Source: Octopus bimaculoides (Eukaryota). Taken from it: a DNA stretch of 64,000 bases. Every line of letters starts with the position of its first letter. Position 1 is the first letter of the stretch. Location of the stretch: NCBI RefSeq assembly GCF_001194135.2, contig NC_068992.1, forward strand, positions 31,287,377-31,351,376, in the 5' to 3' direction. The notes under the pieces are model-generated. The model was given only the letters and a program-made list of their open reading frames with translations, was not told the origin of the DNA and ran no database searches. A program made the position numbers and the translations under genes. This document shows positions 13,254-25,041 of this stretch, in pieces.

Positions 13254-13254
<1 letters not shown>

Positions 13255-13337
<83 letters not shown>

Positions 13338-14130
13338 TGTCGTATATGCCAACAACAAAATGAGACCATCGATCATGTTGTCTCCATGTGCAGTCTGCTT
13401 GCGCCTACAGAGTATCTCAACAGGCATGATAGAGCTGCACAATATATTCACTGGGTAATATGCAAAAACCTGGACTTGCCCCATGATAAAAACTGGTGGG
13501 AACACAAACCACCCCCAGTACTTGAAAATGATCACATTGCACTCNNNNNNNNNNNNNNNNNNNNNNNNNNNNNNNNNNNNNNNNNNNNNNNNNNNNNNNN
13601 NNNNNNNNNNNNNNNNNNNNNNNNNNNNNNNNNNNNNNNNNNNNNNNNNNNNNNNNNNNNNNNNNNNNNNNNNNNNNNNNNNNNNNNNNNNNNNNNNNNN
13701 NNNNNNNNNNNNNNNNNNNNNNNNNNNNNNNNNNNNNNNNNNNNNNNNNNNNNNNNNNNNNNNNNNNNNNNNNNNNNNNNNNNNNNNNNNNNNNNNNNNN
13801 NNNNNNNNNNNNNNNNNNNNNNNNNNNNNNNNNNNNNNNNNNNNNNNNNNNNNNNNNNNNNNNNNNNNNNNNNNNNNNNNNNNNNNNNNNNNNNNNNNNN
13901 NNNNNNNNNNNNNNNNNNNNNNNNNNNNNNNNNNNNNNNNNNNNNNNNNNNNNNNNNNNNNNNNNNNNNNNNNNNNNNNNNNNNNNNNNNNNNNNNNAAA
14001 ACTGTACAAATCCAAATATATGGTACTCTAGGCATAACACCTACATGAACTTCTAACTTGTTGTCTCTTGAGGTCTCTGGGTGAGACTTGGATCCAACTT
14101 GTACAAATGCAAAACAAAAGTCAAACATAA

Positions 14131-14189
<59 letters not shown>

Positions 14190-14190
14190 T
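13255..14190 (+). mobile_element. R4/Dong LINE 3' fragment between (AAT)n tracts (gap inside)
   Basis: CRICQQQNETIDHVVSMC...RHDRAAQYIHW...WWEHKP begins right after (AAT)n at 13255-13336. The 3' end at 14000-14130 is followed by (AAT)n. Confidence 0.85.
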
Positions 14191-14991
14191 ATACTTGCCT
14201 CTTCATGGCAAATACTGGTCTAAACTAAACGCAAAAGAAATAGACAAGGCAAAATCTCAGCTATGACTGAGAAGCTCAGGACTCAAAGCAGAGACTGAAG
14301 GAATTTTAATTGCAGGACAAGATCAAAGCCTCCCCACCAGAAATTACCAAAAACATATAAGGAAAAGAAACATAACACTTAACTGCAGAATGTGTGGAGA
14401 TGAACAGGAAACATTAAATCATATTGCCTCTGGTTGCCCAGTCTTGGCTAAGGAGATATATATTCACTGACTCGACAGAGTTTCAAGTACATACACTGGA
14501 AGCTATGCCAACATTATGGAATAACAACAGAAAAATGATGGTATAAGTACACACCAGAAAAGGTCCAAAAAATGAGAAAGCAACCATATTATGTGATATG
14601 CCAATACACATAGACAGAGAAATTAAGGCCAATAGGCCAGATATAGTTGACAAAAATCATGAAGAAAAAATGCTTCCGAATTGATGTATCAATACTAACA
14701 GATGACGACGTTTCTGTAAAAGAAATGGAAAAAAACTTTTTAAAATACAAAGACCTGGAAATAGAGGTAACTCGAATGTGGAGTCTAAAGACAGAAACAA
14801 TTCCTATCATACTGGGCGCATTAATTATGATAAATAAATATTCAGACAACTACATGACAAGACTAACAAATATATATAACATTCAGAAAATAGCACTACT
14901 AGGCACTGCACATATCCCACGTAAAACACTTTCATTACAGTAAACATAAGAGCATCGCAGCAAACCACATCACATACCAAGGCACAGAGAC

Positions 14992-15072
<81 letters not shown>
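14190..15072 (+). mobile_element. R4/Dong LINE 3' fragment with (AAT)n tail
   Basis: PLHGKYW, LRSSGLKAETEG, QDQSLPTRNY, CRMCGDEQETLNHIASGC, RPDIV, KYKDLEIEVTRMW, LLGTAHI; tail at 14993-15072. Confidence 0.9.
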
Positions 15073-15073
<1 letters not shown>

Positions 15074-15535
15074 CGGATGCAGTACCAGGCAGTGGTTCTC
15101 ATGGCTTCTGATCTTATTTGATTGGAAGTGGTATCATGTACATTGATTTGTCTTGGTATAAAAGATGGGCTAGAGCAAATATTCTGTTTAATACCACATA
15201 TTTGCTTGTCGGTTGTTTGTCTTAACAGGTTGAGCATGTCCCTTGGTGGCTGACGATATGTGTATCTTTGATCATGAGCATAACTAGTGAGGGAGCATCA
15301 TAGCCATGTGTTGAGAGGAATTCTTGGGGTTTGAATAATTTACCTTTGGAAACGTGGGTGTTTTGTTCAACATACTTAAACAAACCTTATTCAGGGACCT
15401 TTTGAGCGGGATGGACTACTCGATCTGAAGAAAATTGTAACTCTGTCCCACCTGCGAGATCATGCGCTTTTTATCTTCATATGAGATCACCATGTCGCGC
15501 ACATATGATTGTGATGCATGTGCCTGATGTACCCG
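15073..15535. repeat. Unclassified interspersed repeat (tentative)
   Basis: Abrupt rise in GC content right after the (AAT)n tail, no coding signal. Family recognised from memory only. Confidence 0.3.
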
Positions 15536-16082
15536 TAGTTTACAAACAGCGAACATTGAAATAGGGAGTGAGGGTCTATGCCGTTCTTACGTCAATACCG
15601 GAAGCTGAGAAACGGTTTGAAGGAAGTGAATCATAAATATAAAGCAATATTATTTTTATTTTTAATAAAAAAAACATCAAATTAAGGACCCAACATATAT
15701 CCGAGGATAAATTATTCATGCATCACAAGTATGGAAGCAATTGNNNNNNNNNNNNNNNNNNNNNNNNNNNNNNNNNNNNNNNNNNNNNNNNNNNNNNNNN
15801 NNNNNNNNNNNNNNNNNNNNNNNNNNNNNNNNNNNNNNNNNNNNNNNNNNNNNNNNNNNNNNNNNNNNNNNNNNNNNNNNNNNNNNNNNNNNNNNNNNNN
15901 NNNNNNNNNNNNNNNNNNNNNNNNNNNNNNNNNNNNNNNNNNNNNNNNNNNNNNNNATATATACATATACTCTGTAATTGATCGTGGGTAAGGCCGAAAT
16001 AATGCGATGTAAACGCAAGGTAAATCACAAGAAAACAAATATGTGAATTAAGGTAGACTTTGTATACAACATTTTGAGGTTA

Positions 16083-16279
16083 TAATGCTATTTTCAAGAA
16101 ATAGACGAGATGTTGCCGATGTGCATGTACACCAAAAGAAACCGAAGCCAACAACACAAGAGAGTTTCAGGAAGCTCGCTGGTTGCTATAACAACATCTT
16201 TCCGCGCATGTCCAATCCACACTCGCTCATACACTCGCACATTGGCAACATTCGTCTATTACTTGAAAATGGCGTCATA
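16083..16279. mobile_element. MITE with ~30-bp TIRs and TA ends
   Basis: GCTATTTTCAAGAAATAGACGAGATGTTGCC (16087-16117) is a near-perfect inverse of GGCAACATTCGTCTATTACTTGAAAATGGC (16244-16273); flanked by TA. Confidence 0.8.
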
Positions 16280-16629
16280 ACCCCTAAATATTGAATACAA
16301 GGTAAGTCTACATTAATTCACATATTTGTTTTCTTATGATCTACCTTGCATTTACTTCGTATTATTTTGGCTTTACCCACGATCCAATATAGAATATATT
16401 CTACATAATGCTTCATAGTAATTATTCCATTATATATATTTGTGTGTGTGTGTGTGTATAAATTTATGCGTGTGTGTGTCCGAGTTTGTTGCCCCAACAC
16501 TATTGCTTGACAACTGGACTAAAGGGTGGTTCTCCAGGATGGCCCACGACAATTGACTGAAACATGTAAGACAATAAAAGAATACCAGAAGAACTTTCCG
16601 TACCACTACACCAAGGGGGTTCTTTGAAT

Positions 16630-17000
16630 ATGTGCGATGTATTTAAGGCTAAATATTAATTCTGTTTACATTTGCGTAACTGAGATATTTTGTTTGGTTG
16701 ATATAGTTATCAGTTTTACACTTGCTTCTATATTCTGTAACTGTCATAATATAGAAACATTTCTCATGGCACCAGCTCACAATTTACAGATGCTTACATT
16801 TTTAATATCTTCTGTGAATTTTTCAAGGGTCCATCTAGTTAATATTAATTAGATGATAGAAAACAGAGGCAAAGCATAATTTTTGACTGCACTACCATCT
16901 ATCTGGAACAAACAATATTGCATTTAACAGCAAAGAAGAATCTTACAGCAATTATGAATCTTCAAAATATTCATTTCAATAAAATTATAAAAATATTCAC
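16630..17000 (-). pseudogene. Candidate decayed LRR N-terminal segment (possibly the ectodomain of copy D)
   Basis: Minus strand: QLQNIEASVKLITIST and TELIFSLKYIAHI; weak motifs only. Confidence 0.3.
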
Positions 17001-17269
17001 TAAGACGTTACAGAAATATAATGAATAACGATAATTTTGTTGTGCCAATGATAAAGCACATGCACTGATTCAATTCTACTTCTTTATTATTTGTTAATTG
17101 GGTCAATATCGATCCAACTTACTAATCGATCAGTCAAACATTTCGTTCTTTTTTCTTTTTTCTTTGTTAGTCAAAGTTTTGTTGCTACTCGCAACCATTC
17201 CAGTGACTGTGATTAGGCTGCTTATATTGAACGGTGCTATCGCTCGAGATTTCTTCTCATGCCTGTGTG

Positions 17270-17719
17270 TATGGGTGCTTCTCTGTATGTGTAAATAAGT
17301 GTAGTTTGGAAAAGGCTGTCAGGATGGCAATAAAAGAAAGGTCTGTGTGAATGTGTGTACGTGTGGATGCTTGTTTGTGTAAATGCTTGGACGCATGTGT
17401 TTTTGTGTATGTGGGTGAACGAGGGTGCGTGCCCTTACGTATGTTTCTATGCTTGCATGTGCGTATGCGTAGAATGTCGATGTGTGTATGCTTATGTTTT
17501 TGTGTCCCTGTGTGTGTGCGTGTTCCTATGCATGTCTGTACGAGTGCGTGTGCGTGCATATCTGCCAATGTGTGCATGTAAATATGCGTGTGTGTGAAAT
17601 GAAAATGTACAAATTATCCTATAACTTTGTACGGACTATATGAGTTTCTGTGCTTTCTGTTATTCTAATCGTACATCCTACATGTTTTCTACATGTGCAC
17701 CTATCCCCATATGTATGTA

Positions 17720-17787
<68 letters not shown>

Positions 17788-18050
17788 NNNNNNNNNNNNN
17801 NNNNNNNNNNNNNNNNNNNNNNNNNNNNNNNNNNNNNNNNNNNNNNNNNNNNNNNNATATATATATATATATATATATACCTACCTAACTTTCTTCCTAT
17901 TAGCTAACTGCCCATCTTCCTACCTAAAGACATAATTACCTGCGTAGCTACCTAACTATTCGTTCTACTGATTGAACCAACTCCCAGCTATCCTAACTTC
18001 CAAACTACCCATCTACCTGTCAGCCTGCCTAAACACTTATCTATCTACTT
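17270..18050. repeat. Degenerate (GT)-rich tract, (TC)/(TATC)n, gap and ACCT-like degenerate tandem repeat
   Basis: Seen directly in the sequence. Confidence 0.85.
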
Positions 18051-18149
18051 GCCCGATGCGTGTGTTATTATTATTGGCGCAAATACCCTCCCAAGGCATT
18101 CCAAGGCAGGAAAATTTGTATGAACACACAAATTCACTTAAAGAATATT

Positions 18150-18730
18150 GGAAACCAAATACGTAAACGCAATAACGGAAACGGGCAGAATGTTGTTTCT
18201 CTAAAATAATAAAACACTATTAACAAAAGCAAAGGAAATACTGATTCAAGAGGCGTTTGTTGTAACCAAGAAGAGTGAAGACCATTACAAATTTTAAGTG
18301 TACAAAGTAAACTTTTACCTACCGAATGAAAAGATGATGATCGCGTACATTACTATCAATCAAAAATAAATTGTACAATATAAAAACATCCAGGAAATGT
18401 CTGTAACTCTGAATCCAAACACTGATCCAAATGTTGGCACGGGATTACGTTTCAATGCGCCTCATGGCCAAGGACTTTTCAGCTGAAGCTATGAAGTATT
18501 TATAAGGATTAAGATTATATTATTTACCTACAGATTATTAGTGGAAATACCCACTGAAGACACATTTTTGATAAGGCCATCCACTATTGAACTACAAAAT
18601 CTATGTCTACAACCATGACAAATGTTTCATTTGATTTTGCGTAAAACGAAGTCAAGATTAGAAATCTCTCCATAATAGAACAGGTACAAATATCTATCAG
18701 AACACGATCTTGAAGATTTATAATGTCATT
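18150..18730 (-). pseudogene. Candidate decayed TLR LRR/LRR-CT/TM segment (copy E)
   Basis: Minus strand: NNIILILINTS*LQLK, LKRNP (LxxNP), then SVFPLLLLIVFYYFRE...LRLRIWF, which resembles the TM stop-transfer region of TLRs. Confidence 0.4.
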
Positions 18731-19052
18731 ATAATCTGCAGTAGAATAATCCACAGAGAATGAGAGAGAGAAAGAGAGAGACAGGAAGAGAGTACTGCAG
18801 ACAAAGAAAGAGAGGGAGAGAGAGAGAGAGAGAATGACATAGAGAGAGAGATACAGTGAGAGACAGTTTACTTTGCTGTAAACCAACAAGTGGAAATGCC
18901 ATGCATCATAATCAATGACTTAAATCTAAAAGCAATAATGCCTATTCAAACATGTATCTCCACGATAAAAGACAATGAAATATATACAATTAGGATTGGT
19001 TATGGTCAACGAAGCATCATCTATTAAATTTGCACAGATAGAAATGTATATC

Positions 19053-19430
19053 TACATAAGTGGCTTTGTGGCAAGGAACATGGTTTTCAACAACATGGTC
19101 CCCGGTTCATTCCCTTTGCGTGGCAGCATGGGAAAGTGTCTTCTACTATAGCATCGAGTCGATCAAAGTTTCTTGAGTGGATTTGGCAGAGAGAAACTGA
19201 ATAAAGTCCATCATATGTGTGGGTGTGTGTCGGTGTCTATTTTTGTCCCTCGTTACTGCTTGACAGCCTGTGTTGGTGTGTTTACGCCCCCGTTATATAG
19301 CGGTTTGGTAAAAGGGGCACAGAGAAGAACTACCAGGCTTTTAAAAAAATAGGACTGGGGTCGATTCGGTCAATTAAAATTCTCCAAGGTGGTAAGCACA
19401 GCTGTTGTACAATGGTTAAAACAAGTAATA
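19053..19430 (+). mobile_element. Near full-length tRNA-derived SINE
   Basis: Head, central TG-rich segment and 3' half are collinear with the split copies at 5830 and 35977. Confidence 0.8.
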
Positions 19431-19869
19431 TATATATNNNNNNNNNNNNNNNNNNNNNNNNNNNNNNNNNNNNNNNNNNNNNNNNNNNNNNNNNNNNNNN
19501 NNNNNNNNNNNNNNNNNNNNNNNNNNNNNNNNNNNNNNNNNNNNNNNNNNNNNNNNNNNNNNNNNNNNNNNNNNNNNNNNNNNNNNNNNNNNNNNNNNNN
19601 NNNNNNNNNNNNNNNNNNNNNNNNNNNNNNNNNNNNNNNNNNNNNNNNNNNNNNNNNNNNNNNNNNNNNNNNNNNNNNNNNNNNNNNNNNNNNNNNNNNN
19701 NNNNNNNNNNNNNNNNNNNNNNNNNNNNNNNNNNNNNNNNNNNNNNNNNNNNNNNNNNNNNNNNNNNNNNNNNNNNNNNNNNNNNNNNNNNNNNNNNNNN
19801 NNNNNNNNNNNNNNCGAGTAAAAATAAATACAAAAAAGGTGTTTTTTTTGTATGATTGTGTATAGAGGA

Positions 19870-22380
19870 ATATATTATTTTGTTTAAAAGAATTCCAACA
19901 CTGTCTGTTTTTTTATGTTTTATTTATATTCCTGCAGAACCAGTGTGGGGTATAGAATATGGAATATACAATATATAATATAAAACAAAATAAAATAAAA
20001 ATGGATGGCACCATGAAAGAAAGTATTGAATGTAGATGAAATATTGAGTGTTCAATATAAAGGATCAAATATATAAATATAAATATATAAAGGCGACTCG
20101 AGTTTCAGGGCTATTTCCCTTCGTCATGGCCGGTATGACAGACTTTAACCTCTAACAATTCAAAGAGGGATGTTGAATGGCGTTCATGCGCATGAGGCAC
20201 TAAGCCAATTATCTGTTAAGAAATGTGATTTTAGGTAGATCCTGTTATTTAGATGGTCAATCGGTCGTTGAATGTGGTTTGTCTGAGAAGCGTGATAGCA
20301 CCTGCAATTGCCTAAATATCTTTTTAAGTTGGTCTTTGAGGTCTTGGTGGGTTGGAGTATGCCTACCTATAGTTTAGCAGCCATGATGAAGATGATCGTC
20401 TATATTAGCGTAGTCTTCAGTAATATTATATGCCGTGGTAGTATTCGGTGATAACAATCTTTGTAATAGTCGATGAAAGTATAGTGGTAGGCAACAAAGA
20501 CAATCATCGTCGTACTCACAGTGGTCTCCTTCGGGACAGTGGCTAATATGGTACTGGCAAGCAACAGTATCAATCATCGTCGAAGTGGTAGTGATGTTGG
20601 CCGGGGCAAGGGTGAAGAAGAGCAAGAGTTGTAATAATAGGATCTCGACTTCGGTCGATTATTGATCACTAGGTTAAGCCTATGGATCAACAAGCACTCC
20701 ATGGTACAGAGATTCCCTCTATTTCTCTCGGTGGTCAATATGGAAGCATTAATCTCGTTGGTATTTCTACCGCATCTGAGTTCGAGCTTGTAAAAGAAGA
20801 CGTGTTTGTAATCAGGTGTTCCTTGAGTTGGACAATAGGGTCTTCTGATTGAATACTGTACTGGTAAACAATATATGTCTACAGGCAATTGCTCACGTAA
20901 CTGAAAGCAACAGTTCTCTTTCGTTCAGGTCTTATCATCTGCGTGAGATATATTCGTGGCAGGTGCCTACACATAGATAATCTGAGTAGCCTAGTAAGGT
21001 GTTGAGACCTTCCCTGCAGGTGACTTTACGAATAGCAACGTGAATCTAATGATCATACAGAGAAATCCTCTGGAAGTGGCAGCACGAGTAATACTTCCTG
21101 CCATGTATATCTAACTTGTAGCCGTGAAGAGTGTTGGTAATGACACTGGGTATTTGATGACCCCAACAATCTCAAGGAAATTGGTGACTGGAGTGGTCTG
21201 AGTTGCAGCATTTTCTTTATATAGAACTACGCATCGATTTTCCCGCGCCCGTAATACTTAACAAAACGTAATGGAAAGACAGGAAATCCTCTGTGACAGG
21301 TTGTTCGGTAATCTGGTTCCTTGTGTTGTTACAAATCTACGAGAGAGTGTTTTGTATCCCTATTGGAAGAAATGAACATGAGGATGCCGTCCACATACCT
21401 GGTGACAAACGTGCATAAGTGATAGATTTTGGTTGTTCTTCGCTTTAACCAACCAACGTAATCAATAACTAGTAAACCTGAGAGGTTGGGTCCCATCCGA
21501 ATGATATTTGTATGTATTGCCAAGGATATCAAAATGCGTGTTATTGACCATAAATCACAACACTTAGTCATTTCGGAATTATTGAGTCCAAAAGTGTGCA
21601 AATCTCAGGGAGAGAATGGTACCGTCATCATTTCGATAGCGGGAAGAGTTCAAACAGAGGTGAGGAGCGGTACAAGATTTAGATGAAAAGTGATCCTGTT
21701 CGAGTAGGTATAGTTGCTGGATGATTTCGTTCTAGGTGTTGAAATAACACGAGAAAGACGAAAGTAAGGGTCTCAGGAATGTTGTAAAGAAGCATATGAT
21801 TTTATAAAATGTTCCTTCTATGACCTAGGCAATGGATTTCGTGTGGACGTCATGTCCAGTGTTGGTAAGTTTTAATCCAGTGGTAACATGCAGGCATCCT
21901 GCTTTTGTATGTAATGAAGATCCTTTTGCCATTTAGTGGGGGTTTTCGCCTACTAGAAATGTTAGTATAGGAGTTATTTTTTTTTTATCAGGACATGAAT
22001 TAAAGTCACAGTAACTCTAGTGAGTTTGTTATAAAGCTAGATGCTGCAATATTATTTCACTGCTAGGCTATTGCACAAGGCCAGTGCCATGACACAAAAT
22101 ACCTTGGATTTGTCGTATTCTTCGCATGAATATTTTTGCTGTGGTATTTTACCATACAAAGAGGTTGAGCGGGAGGAATTAGTGTATGTGACTAGGATGG
22201 TGAAAACGAGGTGTTTTAACCAGGAGAGATTACCGTCCAGGTTTTTCTTGGTTGTGGATAAGGGAATGTGGAGTCAGAGAGGTAGAAGAGGAAAGTGTGT
22301 TGAGTGGAATGGTAATTTTCCCTGGTTGTTTGTTCCGACGTGGACGTAGGTTGGGGTATCCAACCTTCTGAAACCAACAT
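19870..22380 (-). mobile_element. Penelope-like element (RT plus GIY-YIG, decayed) with 3' terminal region
   Basis: Minus strand: IRMGPNLSGL (PLE RT motif B region), TRYVDGIL (RYIDD-like, ~21380), TYIVYQYSIQSEDPIVQLKEH (YIG.T..L..R..EH-like, ~20820-20880), hammerhead motif at 20092-20133. Confidence 0.8.
20092..20133 (-). ncRNA. Minimal type I hammerhead ribozyme motif
   Basis: GGC-C(A)TGACGA-AGGGaaatagCCCT-GAAAC-tcga-GTC/GCC: stems I (3 bp) and II (4 bp), short stem III with palindromic loop. One extra A in the core. Confidence 0.65.
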
Positions 22381-22399
22381 TATTTCTGAAACAGATCGA

Positions 22400-22760
22400 A
22401 ATTCAAGGACGCTTGTATTTGAATGGAAGATAGCTATCCGCGTGCATAGAAGGCGTTAACGGTTCAGTTCTTTTGTGTAAACTGTCATTGGTTAACGAAA
22501 AAATACTCAATTGCTTGCTCATGCGAAGGTAAATCGCATCGTTGATTTGAAGCTGCTGTTCTTGTATAGTTGCAAGTAATTTTAAAATCGGGATGACTTG
22601 ACTCACGCAAGAATCATACAAATCTCGTCAAAGCCTTAACACAGTCCCTCTTCGATATTTTCTTTACTTATGCCCTGGAGCAAAATGGTGATCTATGAAA
22701 TTAAGAAATTCGCTAGCTATATAATTTACTGCTAGTTTAAATTCCGGGTTGTAACATAAA
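22400..22760. repeat. Interspersed repeat, inverted homologue of 30730-31150
   Basis: AATTCAAGGACGCTTGTATTTG...GTTGATTTGAAGCTGCTGTTCTTGTATAGTTGCA matches the reverse complement of 30980-31147; AAGAAATTCGCTAGCTATATAA matches 30770-30792. Confidence 0.8.
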
Positions 22761-23253
22761 ACTGAATGGACAAAAAACAAATCCATTCAAAGAGAATTCA
22801 TGGATGACGTGGCATAGAATAATTATAGGAATAAATAATGATCATCATAAATGCGATTACACTCAGACAACAATCCAAATTACGATGATAAAAATAAATT
22901 AGAGTAATCGTAAAAGGTCTTGTATCGGTGCTACAGCATGGCCGCAGTCAGATGACTGAAACAAGTAAAAGTAAAAGAGTAAAAAAATCTAGATTCACCT
23001 TATACATATGGAAACCAGAAACGAAATGAAGGTGCTTCATCCCAAATATACAGCATAATATAGCGTGGTATCAGTTGATCTGGCGCAATATTTCTACACA
23101 TACATATATATGTAATTAAAGACATACGTTCATATATATCAATTTGTAGGAAAAAGAGGAATCCAAATACGTTAGTGATCCAAAACTTAAACTGTTACGT
23201 CATTGTCCACTCTTTCTCACCGTATTTGTTTATGTTTGTGAGTGTGTGTGTGT

Positions 23254-23293
<40 letters not shown>

Positions 23294-23649
23294 GCACTGG
23301 TATTCATTAATATATCGCACATACTTTATATTCAAATGTGTAGCCAGTCGCGACCGAAAGCCTGTAACATCACAATTCATTATCAAAAACACGGTCCACT
23401 TCAACAGTTCGACTTCTACAAGTGCTCTCGCCTTCAGCTTTACGTCAAACAAACTCTGATTTATTCAACTACAATATATCCTTCACATTTACCTTCCTAA
23501 CATCTCCTACCAACCGTGTTGCTCTCTTGTCTTCTAGACTATAAACAAATATATATATCTTAAGTACAACACGCTAACCGCTAAGGAATACGCCTTCACA
23601 CATTGATACAAGCGCACACACATCCTACACACATGCAAATACACACACA

Positions 23650-24100
23650 CACACGCGCACATCTCACATGATCGACGAAATTATCAAGTTTTATTATACA
23701 TCGCTGGTCACAATGCACTTTGCATTGCATTTAGCTTTCGAATGTCACCATCCCACCTAGATAAGTTGGCCAACATTCCCACCCCCGTTCACAAGACTAC
23801 TCCATGATAGGGTATTACGTTTACATATGAGTGAACTGGAGCAACATGAAATAAAGTGTTTTGCTCAAGAACACAATGTGCCACTCAGTCCAAGAATCGG
23901 ACCCATGGCGTTGTGTTGTGTTCTTGAGCAACAACACTTTATTTCCCGTTGCTCTGTGATTATTTCGTCATCTGGCATGTGGCACACGGTGCACCTGTAT
24001 AGGTAATGTCGATTTGATGGAGCGAGTAAGTTTATCTGAACAGAAACATTTGATAACTATAAACAAATCATGTGTGTGACTGTTCGGAGCGAAATTTAAT
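23650..24100. mobile_element. Two divergently oriented SINE fragments of a third family
   Basis: AAATAAAGTGTTTTGCTCAAGAACACAA (~23849-23876) and TTGTGTTCTTGAGCAACAACACTTTATTT (~23915-23943) form an inverted pair. Confidence 0.55.
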
Positions 24101-24149
24101 TCGTTATTCGCCACTGCAGGCTAAATGTAAAGGGACAATACAGGACAAG

Positions 24150-24420
24150 CAAGACAGATTGAGTGGGGATCGTACATAGGCACAACAATGAAAAATATTG
24201 TCTTTATGTCTACGCCCAGACCTTTCCGGAAAAATACCGCCGTAACCGCAACTCTGGGCTGGCAGGGAGAGACACGAAAATCTCATAACCATCGAAGAGA
24301 GGTAAGAAAGCCTGTGGCCTAGTCAGTCTGGTTTCGCTAGGGAATATAATAACCAAATTCCATGACCTGAGATCGTTTAGGAAATTTCCTTTGGGATCCC
24401 AGGCCATGTACATTTATGCT
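24150..24420 (-). mobile_element. L1/Tx1-type APE endonuclease N-terminal fragment
   Basis: FLNDLRSWNLVIIFPSETRLTRPQAFLPLFDGYEIFVS, then FRKGLGVDIKTIF after a frameshift; related to 11130-11380. Confidence 0.7.
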
Positions 24421-24997
24421 ACCTAACATGAGCGAAAAGATGAAGAGTGGAAGAAAAGAAAAGCATTAACTTGGTGATTAACTTTGTGGGGATAGGTATA
24501 TTCTCTCCTCCCAGTGTGGCTCGTAGGGACTCTTGGAATAAATTCCGATATAACCCATTTGTTATAATGCAGTTGCAGAGTTCCAATGTCTCCAGAGAAT
24601 TTATCTTTTAACTTATTGTAACTCTAAGTGTTGCTGTCAATATTTATGAATTTTATGTGTGCAGGAATTTGTGTGTATGAAGCGGGGGCGTTGAATGTGT
24701 TGATGTGCGGATTTTTATTTGTGTGTTCTAATAGATGTGAGTTGTTGGTGTTTATGGCTGTGATGTTGATTACCATGACAGTTGTGGGTGGTGCTTGTGT
24801 AGTTGGGAGGGATGTTACTGAAACGTATATGTAGGTTGTTTTATTCTCTTTCGAGCTTTATAGCTTGTAATCAATTTATTTCTACCGTTATGTTTTTTAA
24901 AAGAAATTCTAAACATTTTATGATATACAAATAAATTATTCATGCATCAATGTTATCTCTATTTTCTCTTACTTCAAAATATCTATCTATCTATCTA

Positions 24998-25041
<44 letters not shown>

